Part shown: piece by piece, positions 39,259 to 52,865 of the stretch
Layout of the letters: every line of letters begins with the position of its first letter
How positions within the stretch are numbered: position 1 is the first letter of the stretch
Assembly (NCBI GenBank): GCA_036172245.1
Contig: JAYWIR010000032.1
Location: forward strand, 1,984,001-2,048,000
Length of the DNA stretch: 64,000 bases
DNA from: Raillietiella orientalis
Lineage: Eukaryota
Direction: 5' to 3'
The notes under the pieces: model-generated
What the model saw: the letters and a program-made list of their open reading frames with translations, nothing else
Databases searched by the model: none
What the model was told of the DNA's origin: nothing
Made by a program: the position numbers and the translations under genes

Positions 39259-41001
39259 GAAGGAAAGGAAGCGACCCCCAAACGCAGGGGAGGGCCGGCA
39301 GCCTCCGCAGATAGCGGTAATGATAGGATCCCAGGAAGTCGAAGAGAGGCGAGGTGCCAGGAGAGATCTCGGGATAAAGTCCCGGATAAAGGCAAAAAAA
39401 AAAAAAACGTGAAGAGAGCAGTATCGGAAAACGTGGGGGACGAATTCCCATCATTTTCCGTATCAGTCAAAATCGAATAAGCGCTGCTGCTGGAGCTGAG
39501 TGATGATAAGAAGAGGAACGAACGTGTCCGGGATTTCGCCCTGTTGGATCGATTGCACCAGAGATGTCGCCGTCTACGTGCTCGGACGCACACCCGGCTC
39601 CGTTTCCGCTTGGGGCGCACCTCCTTTCCCCCCTCCCCCTTACCCTTTGCCACCGTGCGCGCGGGAGTCCTACGGTTTGGTCGCCGAGGAAGACAAGGCG
39701 AGCGAATTCGCGCCTCGCGCGGCCAAACTCTTCGCCGAACCCGTCCTTCCCAGATTAGGCGACGCGTGCTCGCGCCACCTTTCTGTTCGAGATCACAGCG
39801 AGATGAATGGCTGAATGATCTTTCCGATGCGGGTCTCATCCGAGTGAGTTCATCCTCTCCGTTCTGCGGCGCTTAATCAACTCGTTCAAGCTACCAGCTC
39901 CTCAGTGACGCACGTCATGATCACGACTGTTTGATTTATGAATCAGGATTTGGCGTTCGTCTCCGATTGGCAGCTGCCTGCTTGGCATGAGCAAATAAAA
40001 ATTCGAAATGGGGCGAGCAGCGTGATGGGATGTTGGCACTAAATCTTCCTTCCCCCTGGAATGCTGTCATGCGGTTTCCTGTACTTTAATCCGCTCGACA
40101 TCCGATCTTGTCTGGGGGGCCGTCAGTCTGGCCAGAGCCGTCCGTCTTCTACCTTTGATATCAGAATTTCGGTTTCCAAGTCAGGTTGCCTGGCTACCGA
40201 GAGGGAGGCGGGGGGGGGAGGGCGGATCTTTGTCCCGCTAGCGGAGCACCTGATACTGGTTGAGAGAGCGCTGCGTGCTGCTGCGCCCTCTTTGCCATTC
40301 GTCGCACGGAAATGATCTTCCCCGTTTCCTGCCGGGAGACTCGACGAGCGGAAAACACGGCATTCCCACTGGAAATAGACCGCAGAGTAGCGGAGGATGC
40401 GAGCAGGAGCCATCATCATGCAGCCGGGGGTCCCTCGTGGAGTCTGCAAGCGGAGAAGCAACCAACGGCCTGAGGGCTGCCAGAAATTCACTTCCGCGAG
40501 GGCTGCCGCACGCGCGCGTGCGCGTGCACACACACTGGGTGCTCTCGAACACCCGCACGTGCACCGCATTCCGTGACTTCTTTCGACACGCCGCGTGAAT
40601 CGCAGTGTTGCCAGTATCCGGCAAGAGGTGGGGATGGACCCATTTCGAGCAGCAGATCGATGCCGCGGTGTGCAAAAGGAAAGGACGAAAGGGTTGTTGT
40701 TGGTTGTCGTCGTCTTCGGGCACTTCCACGCCCAGCATTTTTGCAGCACCCCTGGGACAGGAGTCCGCCTACCATCCAGACCCTCACGCGCCTGCTCCTT
40801 CGCGTTCCCGCTTGGCACGCGCACGAAAAGCTCGCAGCTTGCGGGAACAGCTTGAGGATCAAGAGCGTCTCAGGCGTGCCAAGTGCACGCCTCTGGATCT
40901 CGTGCTGAACGGACGCGCGTTCTGCCGAGGAAGCGAACCGGAAGTGCCGTGTTCCGACTGAAAACAGACCACAGCCGCACGCCCGCGCGGCATCGAGCGT
41001 C

Positions 41002-41115
41002 GCGGGTTCGCATCCCGCACGGGGAAGTACCGACACAGAGAAATGGGGGGTGCGTCGTGGTTTCGTGTTCCCTCCGCTGGATGGCGCTGGTTGGCCTATT
41101 CCGGTGAGGCGGCAC
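41002..41115 (+). mobile_element. tRNA-derived SINE-like fragment (T-arm/B-box and body), copy 2
   Basis: GCGGG-TTCGCAT-CCCGC T-arm at 41002-41018. The downstream body is homologous to the copy at 52.2 kb. No A box was found. Confidence 0.6.
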
Positions 41116-42515
41116 TGGTTGACACCTGGTCACGCCGGGGGTGTTTATTTATAAAAAATAAACACACACGTCTGTGGCAGGACGTTTGATCCTTACGAGA
41201 AGGAACCCGCCGGAAACCGGCACGCAGGCCAACGGGGTTTGCCTCGGCAACACAGGGGAAGGGGAGACAAACAAAAAGAAAATGGGGGGGAGGGGATTCG
41301 GGAAGGGATCACTGGTTCTGGAGGGCGTCCTCTGCATCCTCGTAAGGATGCCGACAAGTTCCTGTTTCGAGGCTCGCAGATGGGACCATCTTGACACGGT
41401 CCTCATGAAGAGGGTAGCAAAACAGATGGCATCCCTGTCGTCCTCTCCTCTTCTGGCATTTCTCCATGTAGCGAGCAGCAAAGTGCTGCTAGGGAGGGAT
41501 GCGACCGGCATGAGGGCGTGCACAGGAAGAGGCTCTTCAAAACATCTCTGGCGTTGCTGCTGGGAGCTCCAAGGGTCGCGGCAAAGCGTCCCCAAAGGGA
41601 CCGGAGGACAACAGTTCACTAGGAGGTGATTCGTGAGGGGATATTCTCGCTCTCCGCACTTTGCATAGTGCGGGTCCACCCCTCCCCCCATGTCCAATGA
41701 TGCCAGCTGGCGTTGCACGAGGTCCCAGCGCATCATCATGAACGCCAGCTCCTGCCACTTTAAGGGGAGGGTGTGGGTGTTCATGAGCACTGCAGGTCTT
41801 CCACCAGAATACTTAGTAGCACGCCTCAGAGCAAAAGTCCGCGAGGTCGAGCGATCGGGGTCACAGCGTTGGTGAGCTGGCCCATCGTCTATTCGCCCAG
41901 TCTTTCCTCTTCCGGAGATTTCCGCAGTACTTTCTCATTTTGCCGCGAGGCTGCTGGCCATGTGTTCCCTGAAGGAAGGCAGCGCGGCTGTGAGGGAGGT
42001 TCTGCTTGCCCACGCACTCTTCGCGGGATCTTCCAGGAAACCCCGGAGCGTGCAGTTGTTGTTACGCGCGTACAGGAAATATCGCATGTGTTCCGCGCTT
42101 GGCATCTGGATCTTCGCCCACTTGCAACCATTCACCACCGTTCGCGGGGAGGCACGGGGTCCATCCGCTTTTCCTGGCCAGCGTGACCACCTGCCGAAGG
42201 TGCAGTCCGCAGTGGATGGGACTGCGTGGAGGGCGCTCAAGGAAAGACGAGAGTTCCACGCTGCTGGCGGCTTGCTGGACGAGAAAGAAGTGCAGGTTGG
42301 CACCAGGTGGTGCTCCACAGGCTTGCCACGAGGGTGAGTGTCCGAAACTGGAGCTGCAGCTCAATCCACACCAGAGTCAGGCCGCCGTCCCAGCAAGGAG
42401 CACACAAGTTCTTCAGAGAACTCGGGCTCCCTTGTCCCAGAGAGCAATCCAGGGGAGGTCCTTCGTCCGTTTCCTGATGCTGCGTGGCAAGGGGCAAACA
42501 GAAAGTAAGGGGGCG
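41116..42515 (-). mobile_element. Disabled Tx1/L1-clade ORF2 3' fragment
   Basis: SLKNLCAPCWDGGLTLV (RT C-terminal motif), YAKCGEREYPLTNHLLVNC (zf-RVT-like) and TWRNARRGEDDRDAICF...ELVGILTRMQR, then the 3'UTR. Confidence 0.8.
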
Positions 42516-43110
42516 GAGGGATTGCGGCACTGGTGGAAGCCGAAGACCTCTGGATGTCCCCGTTGAGCGGCGGGCATTGGAAGTAGACACTCTGGGGTCC
42601 TTCCAGGAACCGACGAGCCTTCGAAATTTCCCTTCCGGTTGTGAAACCGGAGCCGTTCGTTCCATGGAAGTGGTTGATATCCATCTCCAGAGTGTAAGAG
42701 CGCTGCTTTCTTCGGGGAGCGACCATTTCAGAAAAATTGGAAAGCCTTCTTTCGGGATTCTCTCCAGAGGAGCACTAACAAGGAGCGGTTCCCTTGCGGG
42801 TTCCCTCCGGAGATGAAATTAGAGTGGTCCTTTTTGAAGAGAATCTTTTCGTAGTCTCCCTTCGGAGATAACCAGGGTGGAGGATTCCCTTCTCCTACCA
42901 ATCGTGAGAGGAAAGGACTTCCTTTCTCCGTAGCCCTTCCTGGATTCATAGGGTGGTCCTTCAGATAATCTTGAAGAGTCACACGCACCCTTGGGTAGCG
43001 TGGACACCAACTTCCTGGGCTCCTCTGAGGAGGTGAGCTGTTCTTCAGCACTTAGATAACCAAAAAAGACAAAAAAGAAGAAGAAAGAAGACAAAAAACA
43101 GAAGAACCCC
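42516..43110 (-). repeat. Module P, copy 2, fused directly to the Tx1 fragment
   Basis: The reverse complement aligns with 37460-38035 and 48290-48890. After CCAGTGCCGCA it joins sequence homologous to copy A near 6545. Confidence 0.75.
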
Positions 43111-46100
43111 AAAAGATGTCCATCACTCCAGGCCATAGTGACGACCTCCAGTGAGAGCGCTACTGGTCTCTTATAAGAAAAACAAAAACAAAAAGGTAAG
43201 GAAGTGAGAACGAATCGTCCCTGCCGTTCTCGCACGTGTTGAGGGCAGCAGCAGCAGACACAGGGAAAGAGCCCAGCAGAGTGGAGATGTCTGTGGAGCT
43301 GTCTCCACACCGCACCCTGGAGCGAGTCCGCAACACGAGGAAGTTTCAGCAGCAGCGGGCGGAAGGAAGGGAGAGTCAGAATCCTCGGCGTGGAAGCAGG
43401 ACACCTACCCGCCGGGAAGAGCTCTCTCGGGAACAGAGTCGCCGGTCCAGAGCCCAACTGCTTGATACAGGAGGGTAGGAATTCGGTTTCTATGACTCCC
43501 TCCCCCTTTTCTTGACGAGGACGATGCCATGGCCACTTCCGAACCGACTTCCGTTCTCCGCGTGCACTTTTCTGCTGCAACTGATCCATTTGCTTTCCTA
43601 CTCCATGCATCAGCCACGTGGACATCCTGCCACCAGGTTAATAGGTCTCTGAAGCTCATGACAACTCCGACTGCTTTCCTTCTCGAGAGGCAATGGGTAC
43701 GAGCTAATGGGTTCTTCTCATTCTTGCTATCAGATTGCAAAGTCGGGACTTCACATCTGAGAGGAGGAAGCTGTGCGGCACCGATGAGAGGTAAAAGTAT
43801 CAGGGAAAAAAAAAAACACTTAAATCCTTGAACTGCTAAAGAATGCACTGGAGAGGGGATTCCGAAAGTCCACCAAGAGCTGATGTTCGTTCTTTGGGGT
43901 AAAATGAAGCCGATCTATTGTGATCCCAGGAGCGACGGGGCCCTAGGAGAACCTAGTGAGACTGTCGGAAAGATTCTTCGGCGAAGAGCAGGTTTGCGCT
44001 GCAACACCCAGGGAGCCGTGGTGGCTGAGAGCTTTCCGACAGTCTCACAGGAAGTGCAAAGCCCCTTGGGAAAGGGGAGTGAACGAGAAGCCGGCCAGTC
44101 ACCCAAACATAATTTGCAACAGGTGCAGTCGGCAGAAGACGGCGTGCTCATGGAGCAGAAAGGGAAAGGGGAAAAAGGAAAATCCGTCAAACCTTGAAAA
44201 CGGAGAGACATCAAGGTGATTCGCTTCTCTTGAGGGAACCCTGATTTCCGCGTGGCGGTTGCCTGATCCGCCGCAAGATGGCACTGCCTGTGCACCCAGG
44301 GAAAGGGTGGAAATGACACGGAATGCCTGTAATTGAGGTCTCGATGAACGGCCACTTCTTGCTACCGGGTTTCACCCATTTGCTGCTCTCAGCCGCGGGG
44401 ACTGCAGTTTTCCCATGGGCATCTAGTAATTAAACGCAGTTAAATCTTGTGAGAGCGTGCGCCGACCGTACCCTCGATGGACATGGTCGCGCTAAACGAC
44501 CTCCGCTTGAAATAAATCGACGTAGAGAAAGACCGCCGAAGTATCGCAGTTTTTAAAAGCAGGCCTTCTGTGAGATGGAGATTAAAACATCCTATTCTAA
44601 TTAATGACCGCGGCGCATGCGCCTGAGACGATTTTCACGGATCTGCTCCTAACGGTTGCCAAGAAAAAATTTCCCTAATCATTGGGGAGGCCATCTTGGA
44701 ATCCCTCCGAACGGATGGACACGAAGTAGGTTCCACCATCTTGGAAAAAATCCATCCTGAAAAAATCCAGACTGATAGTGAGGTCGCTTCCAGAGCCACG
44801 AGCAGCGAGAACCCGAATTGGAGTCAACAGAACTCTTTCCCAGTTCTCCAGTGTACGGAAATCTTCCTTTTCGCTCGAAGGAGCTGCATCCACATGTTTC
44901 CCTCCTTCCCTCCCTCCTGCCTCTCTCCCACTCTCTCTTGAAAACTCTTGAAAAGAGCAAAGGAGACAACTCAGGCGCAAAAAAAAAAAACTTCCAAAAT
45001 CCACTCTACCCGGATACCGCAGACAATCCACTCTATTTACCCAACTCGATCCTCGCAGAATCAGATGAATTGATCCACGCCTCTCGATAACATGCCGAAC
45101 GCGGCCTCGCGCACAGATAACTTAATAGTCTCCTTATCTCCTGAGACGAACCGTTTCTTAGTTTGCCTCACTCCTGTCCACACGGAAGGGATACACGGTC
45201 GCTGCATCCTTTGTGGCAGATGCGAGCAGGAAGGGCTGCGAAGAGAGGGATGAGAACTGCTCGCAGATCGGCATCAGCACCGCCATGTGCGAGGATTTGC
45301 TGAGCTCCAGCCAAGAACGTCCGGTATCCAGGACGACGGATGCAGATTTCCCGAGCGCCGCCTTTCTATCAAGGAAGAGTGCCGAAAATTTTCATGCTCC
45401 GGCAGTTGGCGAACGCTGAGAAACGTTTCTTCTTCTCGAGCTGAGTTCGTATGGACCAGGGAAATGAAGTCTGCTGACCTACCCCGGGGGATTCCAATGG
45501 GTCCACTGTTCCAGTTCCAGAGGGACATCGTTTCAAACCTGCATGCTTCCTCAGAGGTTGTCCAGACAAAAGACTCTTTTAAACCTTCTTTTTCCGGTGG
45601 AGTCTTCGCTGGAACTTTGTTGCGCTCCCAGTTTCCTAAGATATATTTTTTTTCAGCTTCCCTGACCTGGATTCCGCTCTAAGGTATCCTCCGCTTTCCA
45701 CACCTTCGTTCTTCTCCCCGTATGTCAAGAAGTCTGGAGCCCCTTGAAGACAGCAGGGACATTTGTCTTCCATTTCGTTCCATCGTGTATTTTTAGATCA
45801 TGGATATTTGTTTTGTTTCTCCAAAACCCAGTTTCCCTCCAGGTGTCAGACAAGAAGACATCACCACCCCTACGCAGACTCGATGAAGAGTTGGGAGCTG
45901 GGCCTTCAGAGTCACAAGGCTCCATGGTCTCCGTTCAAAGAACCGAACCTTCTACCAAAGGGAACCAGAAGCGCGCTCTGTGTGGAGTCCTCATCCTGAA
46001 AACGATACTGACCCACCTGGAGATGCTGTTCCACTCCGAAAATCCAACACCCACCTGGATTCTTATGTCCAGATTGCATACAGCTTCCTTTTCCGATCTT

Positions 46101-48289
46101 GAGACAGTTGGTTCCGTCGGCAGGCACACGGACGTGATGCCACGCTCCCACCACAAACCTGGGTTACCACAGAGATTCGAAGGCCTCTGCTGCACACACC
46201 AACAATGGGGGTTCATCATGGATCGCTTCAGGTCACACGAAGAAGAGGTCCACCGTCGCGGAGGCTGCTGACCTCGGAGAGAGCCATCAATTTGCAGGTG
46301 CGTGCAAGAAGCGTGCGCTCTGCCAAGTCGACTTTACCCGTTCCGGTTTTCCAGTCCGCGCAAGCAGCCCACTCCAAAACGTCACGCGTGACAACGAAAC
46401 ACATCCCGGCGATGGGCGCCGCCAGATTCCTTTCTCTTGGACTCGAAAATCTTCCTTCGCGTGGTTTTGCCACACAGCCCCAGGAGTTCGAAAGTTCCGG
46501 CAGGCACAGCTCGCCGCGGGGAAGCCAGAGGCTGGAGACACACTCTGGAACGGCCGCGGCGGGCAATCGGATCGCCGTGCCGCGTGTGCAAGTGCCATGC
46601 AGCCCCTGAGACGGTTGCCAAGCATCTTCGGCAACTCTGGGAAGGAGCATCTCTTGAGGCATGCCTTGCCGTGGCTACCAACATTTGGAGTCTGCACAAA
46701 GGAGACTTTCCCGAAAGTCGACGTCTTTTCCGCAGGTCTGCGTCTCAGGGAATCGACGAGATGCCAACCCCGCGCCTCCTGCTCTTCTCCGTTTCTTGCG
46801 GATCTTTCCGGGAAGATGAGGGAAAGCTTTCCTTTCTCTTCGGCACCTGGCCACACCACTAGAGGCCCAAATCATCTCAGCTCCGTTGCCGATTCTCGCC
46901 AGAGGGATGCACACAGGATAAGGACTTTCGACGATCCGCCTCTGCTGGCATCGATGCGTGGTGGCAAACAACCATCAAGGGAAAAGCCACGCATCCGTGG
47001 CAATCCCAGCTGCTGCCTCTCAAAGCGAACCCTCCGGATGCAACGCTTACGGCGGTTGCTATCACAGAGGCTGGAAAACGGAGGGATGGCTCGCACCTCG
47101 AAGGCAAAGAAAGTTCAGCATCCCTCCTGCCGTGCTCCCGCGCGCCAAGAACACTACCTCCTTTCTCCATCCGTGCAGCGGCATCTTCAGCAACCTGGCG
47201 CGCAACTTTCATTCAAGATCTTGGCCGTCGTGAGCTGGAGTGCGGTTCCCGTCCGCAGCTGGAGTCCGGACTGCGGGGCGTGGCGGTCCACCGCGCGGGC
47301 TCCACGAAAGGGAGCGCAGGAAGATGCGAAGGGGCACCTCGAGGAAGAGGCGTTCCCGGACCGGAAGACAACCCAGTCCCTAGAATGGGGAAGGATCCGC
47401 ATCTCCACACCTGCGAACTAGAACGGGACTCCGGAGTCATCACCGCCTCCCAAGAGGAACTTGGATTCCGGGAAGAAGACCGCGACCTGAGCGTTTGTTC
47501 CGAACCACGATCCAGGAATTCGGCGTCGGGACGGAAAATACGGGAAGGGACGCGCCGTAGCGCAGGGGAGAGCTCGCGGGCAACTCCGAAGTGCTTGACG
47601 AGTGGCTGCGGGAGCGCCATCGCTTTGCGCTCCCCCCCCCCCCCCTTGGGCACCGCCGCTCGGCGACTCCTTGGAATTCGCCGCTCGGGCCGACCGGCTT
47701 GCGAGCGGGCGATTCTCTTCACGGCTCCACCGGCGGAATACCGGAGACCCGCGTTCCCGCGGAAACGCCAGCCTCTTGCGAGGAGCCGCAACGCGCGTCC
47801 TGTTCGCCCCCGCGGATGGTCGTCGCGGAGTGCAAGAGTGGGAGCCGACTGACGGGCGAGAAGGCATCAGCCGCAGTCGGTCAACAAAATGCTCGCGCTT
47901 TTTTCTGTCAACGGCCGACAACGCTTCCAGTGGTGCCATCGTCCCTTTTTTCCACCCTTCCTTCCCTGACGTCGGAGTCGCGGGCAGGGGCGGCGGACGC
48001 CACGGGCTCGTCTTTCATCGCCGCATCGCGTGCTGCTTGGAACTTCGAGCCACCCCCCGCATTCTGCGCCCGGATGCAAGCAGTCTGATGCCCTCCACCC
48101 AGTCGGGAAAGACGAGTCGCCCACAACGGATGCCGCCGCCAGCCTGACGGGCGAGTCCGACGAAGGAATCACCGGTTGCCGTGGTTTCGATTGGGGCTGC
48201 AGCGGCCGCCTCGCTCCCTCTTTGCGGTTGCCGCCGGTTTCACGTCTCGCGGATGCACCCGGCTGCTCCGACAGGACAAAGACGTCTTC

Positions 48290-48890
48290 CTGACTCTCTT
48301 CTGTTGAGTGCGGAGCAACCGTTCGCATCCCTAGGGGTGAAGCTTCCGAACGCTGTCCATGCCGCCCGGGGGGCGTGTTGACTCTTCGAGTTAGTTGAGT
48401 GACTCCGGCGGGACCACCCTATGATCCAGGAAGGACCATGGAGGAAGGAATCCGTTCCTCTCCCTCTTTGTAGAGAACGCCGAGGGGAATCTCTTCCTTA
48501 TTCTCTCCAAAGGGAATCCCAGGAGGAGTCACTCCTCATTTCTTCTCTGAAGGGAACCCCGAAAGGATCTGCTCCTGGTTTCCTTCTTTGGAGAGAAACC
48601 CGAAGGGACGCTTCCAAATTTCTCCGAACGGGTCGCTCCCCGAGGAGAGCAGCGCGCTTCTTGACACTCTGGGGAGGCAACCCCTGAGGGATGTGTCAGC
48701 CAGCTCCGTGGTACGCGATGGAGAGTCCCTCGCGAGGGGGAGGGGACGGCTCCATCTGCACAGCTGGAGGGGAACCCTGAAGGACTCCTTGAATTCCTGG
48801 ATGAACCCCGGAAGTTCAACTTCCAATCCCAGGACCGGTCAACGGGAGAATCCAGGGGTTGCCGACTCCCGCCAGTGCCGCATCTGAAAT
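48290..48890 (+). repeat. Module P, copy 3 (no adjacent Tx1 fragment seen)
   Basis: Same conserved blocks as the other three copies. Confidence 0.8.
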
Positions 48891-50479
48891 AGGGAACTCG
48901 AAATCCACGACACTCCCCCATTTCTCGACGTCGATCCTTCCCCGGGCAGAGTTCAAACCCGCGGCACTTGGCACTCCACGCGCTGAGACCGCAGCCGCGT
49001 GGTCGACAACGCGGGTGCATTTGTTTATTTACACATGTATGTATGCGGATAAAATGAAGCAGCTCACGGTTGCCCCGTGCATTCCCTACACTCACGACAT
49101 TTACTGGACATATGGGTTCGGACGGTGGCCGCATGATGCCCGAAACCGGCGCTACCTCGTGGAGAGGAGCAGCCCTTGGACGGAGAGGAAGGCGTCTCCG
49201 AAATACAGCCTGCAGGGCGGGCATACCGATGAGTGAAACCTGCTGTTGCATCCCTGCTAACGCAACTCCAGTGACCAGGAAGGAAAAGGGGAAGACGGGG
49301 GACAGTCCCCTCGATTATGGGGAACTGCACAATATACAGAATGTTTACTTTAATCGTTTGATTGCTACGGACTGCAGGTATGGGTTCGGCGAAAACGATC
49401 GGCGTGGACTGTGGACCCACACATGCGTTTCGCAAATGCTTTTTTCACCTCACACGCGCTACACAAATCAACGCCGTCCATGTTTGACACGGACACACGC
49501 TTACGCCCTCGCAGTTCCCTTAGTAACGACAGTAAACAAAGTTCTATTTATATAGGCTAATTATCCTCGGTTTTCCAGGGTCGCTCCTCTGAAAAACCGG
49601 GAATAACATAATATTAGAGTTGTGCCGTATATGATTGATTACATTGGAGAACGCCCAAGTGAACTTACTGATTTTATTGGAATTCCGATTCTAATTTTGA
49701 AAAAGTAAATAATACATGTTCGGGAAAGATGAAAATGTTTCATTTCATGTGGTGTGAGTAAACAAATCCAGTGGTAACTTGAACCAGAACCTTATAAAGT
49801 CGGTCGGTACCTCGGCAGAGCACGCGGTACGCCAAAAAGCGTTCCGTCCATTCCGCGTGCGGTCAACACGGAACGTTTGAATCTGATGAGCTCCGCACCC
49901 AAAGGGTTAATACAGTTTAATATATATATTGACTTACGTATTGATCAATACATCAATATACATAACAAACATTTGTTTATTTTTCACGGTCTTCCGAGAT
50001 TTCGGCATTTGGGATGTTGAACCAAACCTGCTCGATATTATTCTGCCCAACCTGTTTCCCGGAAACAGGCGGGGAGCTTGTGCGGTCGGGTCCCGCCTGT
50101 TGACCAAACATTGGAGCGCATGAAGATCCCTTTGAGGGAGCGATCCCTCGTGCACCTCCTCGCAAACAGAGTCTTCCCTGTTCCTTCCTCCGTTCCGCCT
50201 CGTGTTTCCATCATTTCCTACGATGACGAATTTCCTCCGTCAGGTTGCGAGAACAGCCTTGATCCCTTACCGCTCATTTTTAATTCCCCCGTGACGTTTT
50301 CCGAGCAAAGAACTGAGAGAGAAGCTCAGCTTCCCTTTTAAGCAGTGAGTGGAAAGTTGTCCCTCGCGTTTTTCCTTCATGCCTTTGCTACCCTTTGCGC
50401 TGCTTGTGTAACGCGAAAGAAAGGAGTTCCTGAAATGTTCTTCCTGCGGGGCATCCCGAAAATCCGTGATAGGGACTTG

Positions 50480-51790
50480 GGATTTGTACCGGGTCACGAC
50501 GGGACCTTCATTTAAGAAATAAACCACATTCAGATGAGTCTCCTGAATACAAAAGATTCCAAAAAAAAGAAAAGAGTTCACGGGGGATGACCACTGGCAT
50601 GCAAGCCGGCTTCCAAGGTAGTCAGGAGAGGGGAGCAAGGAACAATAAATAAATTGAAAAGGGATGGGAAGGTGGGTACAAGGGTCTTTGGCTTTCTTCG
50701 TTCCTTTCTTTCTAGAAGCAGTTGCGTGTGGTGACGATCTCACCGATGACCTCTTCTGGCAGACGAGATCACCTTGAAGCCGTGAAGGCGGCTTGATGAA
50801 GGCGGCTGCCACGCTGGTGGCCTCTCTTCGCCACGAACCTGACTCCAACACGTGGCGGGCTTCACTACGGTGCGGATCCGACCGTTTCTTGCGATCACGG
50901 AGCCCTTCTACAGTCCGCTTTCTGTGAAGAAGCGTCGCAGCAAGTCCGTTGCAGTGTCCTGCAGTCGACGGATCGCCGAAGGGAGTCTCCGCCACAATTC
51001 CTCCAAGGCGCTGCAGTTCAACAGGAGGTGCGGGAACGATTCCTCCACTCTGCACCTGGAACAGTTCAGGGAGGCGACTCCCCCGGAAAGCAGGCACCTG
51101 CGCTGATTGCACTGGAATCCCCCCCCATAGCAAAAAAGCAGGGCATCCGTTTCCACTGTAGTGTCCACACACGGAAGGGAGTCCACGAGTTCTTTGGGGG
51201 AACATTCCGAGCAGGTCACTCTAGTCACTCTACCGAAGGAGTCCCTTTGCACTGAAAGGAGGAGTGGAGGTGCTCACCAACTCGCTCGTCTTGAAACCGT
51301 CCAGGAGTTTCTCGACTCCTTTGATTTTGCAGGACAACTCTCATCCCTTAGGTTGGCTGCTGCCATTTCTTGCCCTGAGACAGACAGTGCTGCAGCGAGG
51401 GGCACCTGGACCACTGCGTCCAATCCTGCAGGAGATCTCCCAGCGGTTTGCGTAGGAGACCCTGCAGCGGTCTCAAATCCTCCGGGAGCACGTACAAAGT
51501 GGCAACCCAGGACTCCAGAGCCTCCAGCCGCCAGGTGTTCCAGTACATGGGGTGGCAGGAGATCCACGGATGGTAGGAAGGACAAATGCTTCAGGGGATA
51601 AACAAATCCAGTCATCCGATACTTGCTGCGCGGCAGCAGCGAAAGAAGTCCTGCGCTTCCTGCGCATCGCCGAAGGATATGGCATGCTGAAGCACGAACC
51701 GGAGACGAGTCCACGACTTGGTGCAAAGATTCAAAAGTTGGAACTGCATTTGCAGGTCGATCTTGTGGATGGGGAGGATTCTTAAGCCGA
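50480..51790 (-). mobile_element. Disabled Tx1/L1-clade ORF2 3' fragment, related to copy A
   Basis: IDLQMQFQLL and GFQCNQRRCLLSGGVASLNCSRCRVEESFPHLLLNCSALEELW, followed by a 3'UTR ending in the shared terminal motif. Confidence 0.8.
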
Positions 51791-52160
51791 CATGGCGTCA
51801 CCAAGTCTTTCAGTCGGATACGGGACCGAGGACCTCAGTCAGCGACACAGCGAATTGGGCCGCCGCAATTGGTCCGAGCCGTCAACCAGTCCACCACAAG
51901 GAACCAGCTCCGCGCACGCCGGGTTCGAGTCAGTCAGGCACCCGCGTCGCCCGGAGAACTCATGCAAGCCACAGGCGAACAGCCACGCGCTCCACCTCCT
52001 AGTGGGATCTGTCAGCTTCTGATTCTCTGGAATTTCGTAAATGGAGGGAACCGGATTCGTGTCTTTTCATTGGATCGAAGCTCTGTAAACGCTTAGGTGC
52101 ACGATGGACATGCACTGGACCTGCTGACTCGGTCCTCATCCGGAAAATGGAGCAGGCCAA

Positions 52161-52338
52161 ACTCCCGAGATGGTCTGGTGGCAATAGGTCTTCGCGCTTG
52201 GTGTACCAAACATTGCGGGTTCGAATCCCGCCCGGGGTAGGACCGAAGTCTGGAAATGAATGGTGCGTCGCGGGTTGCGATCCCCCTTCCCCGCAATATG
52301 GCGCCGAGTGGCCTTACAAGCTTCGGATGTGGCACTGG
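52161..52338 (+). mobile_element. tRNA-derived SINE-like element with Pol III A and B boxes, copy 1
   Basis: A-box-like TGGTCTGGTGG at 52171-52181, and a perfect T-arm GCGGG-TTCGAAT-CCCGC at 52215-52231 containing B box GGTTCGAATCC. Acceptor and anticodon stems do not pair well, so this is not a functional tRNA. Confidence 0.7.
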
Positions 52339-52865
52339 TTGACATCCGGGGCATTTATCTATAAAATAAACGTACAGTCTGTGGCTGGACGTTTGATCCA
52401 GCCACGTTACTTGTAACTACGAGAAGGAACCTGCCAGGAACTGGCAGGAGGAGGAAAGGAAAAAACAAAACAAAAAACATACAGTCAAAAAAATGGCGAG
52501 GGAGGGGATTCGGTAAGGGATCACTGCGTGCTGGATGGTGTCCTCTGCATCCTTGTAAGGATGCCGTCAAGTTTCTGTTTAGCATTCCTAGATGGGGCCA
52601 TCTTGACGCTGTTCTCATGAAGAGGACAGCAGAACAGATGGCGTCCCTGTCTTTCTGGCCTCCTATGGCGTTGCTGCTCCATGCAGCCACGATCCCGCGT
52701 AGGCAGCAAAGTGCTGCTAGGGATGTGGCCTGCTGAGGGCGTCGCGCAGGAAGAGCACTTTAAAACGTCTCTGGCGTTGCCGTCGGAAGTTCCAAGGATC
52801 GTGGCAAAGGCGTCCCCAGAGAAGCCGGAGGGCAACAGTCCACTAGAACTTGCGGGAGGAAAGGA
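52339..52865 (-). mobile_element. Short disabled Tx1/L1-clade 3' fragment, same subfamily as the 41-kb copy
   Basis: AAWSSNAIGGQKDRDAICSAVLFMRTASRWPHL and LDGILTRMQR. The 3'UTR blocks GTCTGTGGCxGGACGTTTGATCC and TACGAGAAGGAACC are shared with 41170-41210. Confidence 0.75.

Noticed and set aside
44600..44670. Promoter call from GCGCATGCGC and neighbouring motifs
   Set aside because: Short motifs only, with no associated gene start to support it.
46700..46745. KVDVFSAG resembling kinase subdomain IX
   Set aside because: No other kinase motifs in register nearby.
49883..49915. Hammerhead ribozyme core CTGATGAG (also near 8285, 33265 and 58880)
   Set aside because: No properly placed stem II followed by GAAA and no closing stems.
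52161..52238. Functional tRNA gene
   Set aside because: Only the T-arm and promoter boxes are intact; acceptor and anticodon stems do not form, and a homologous non-tRNA body follows.
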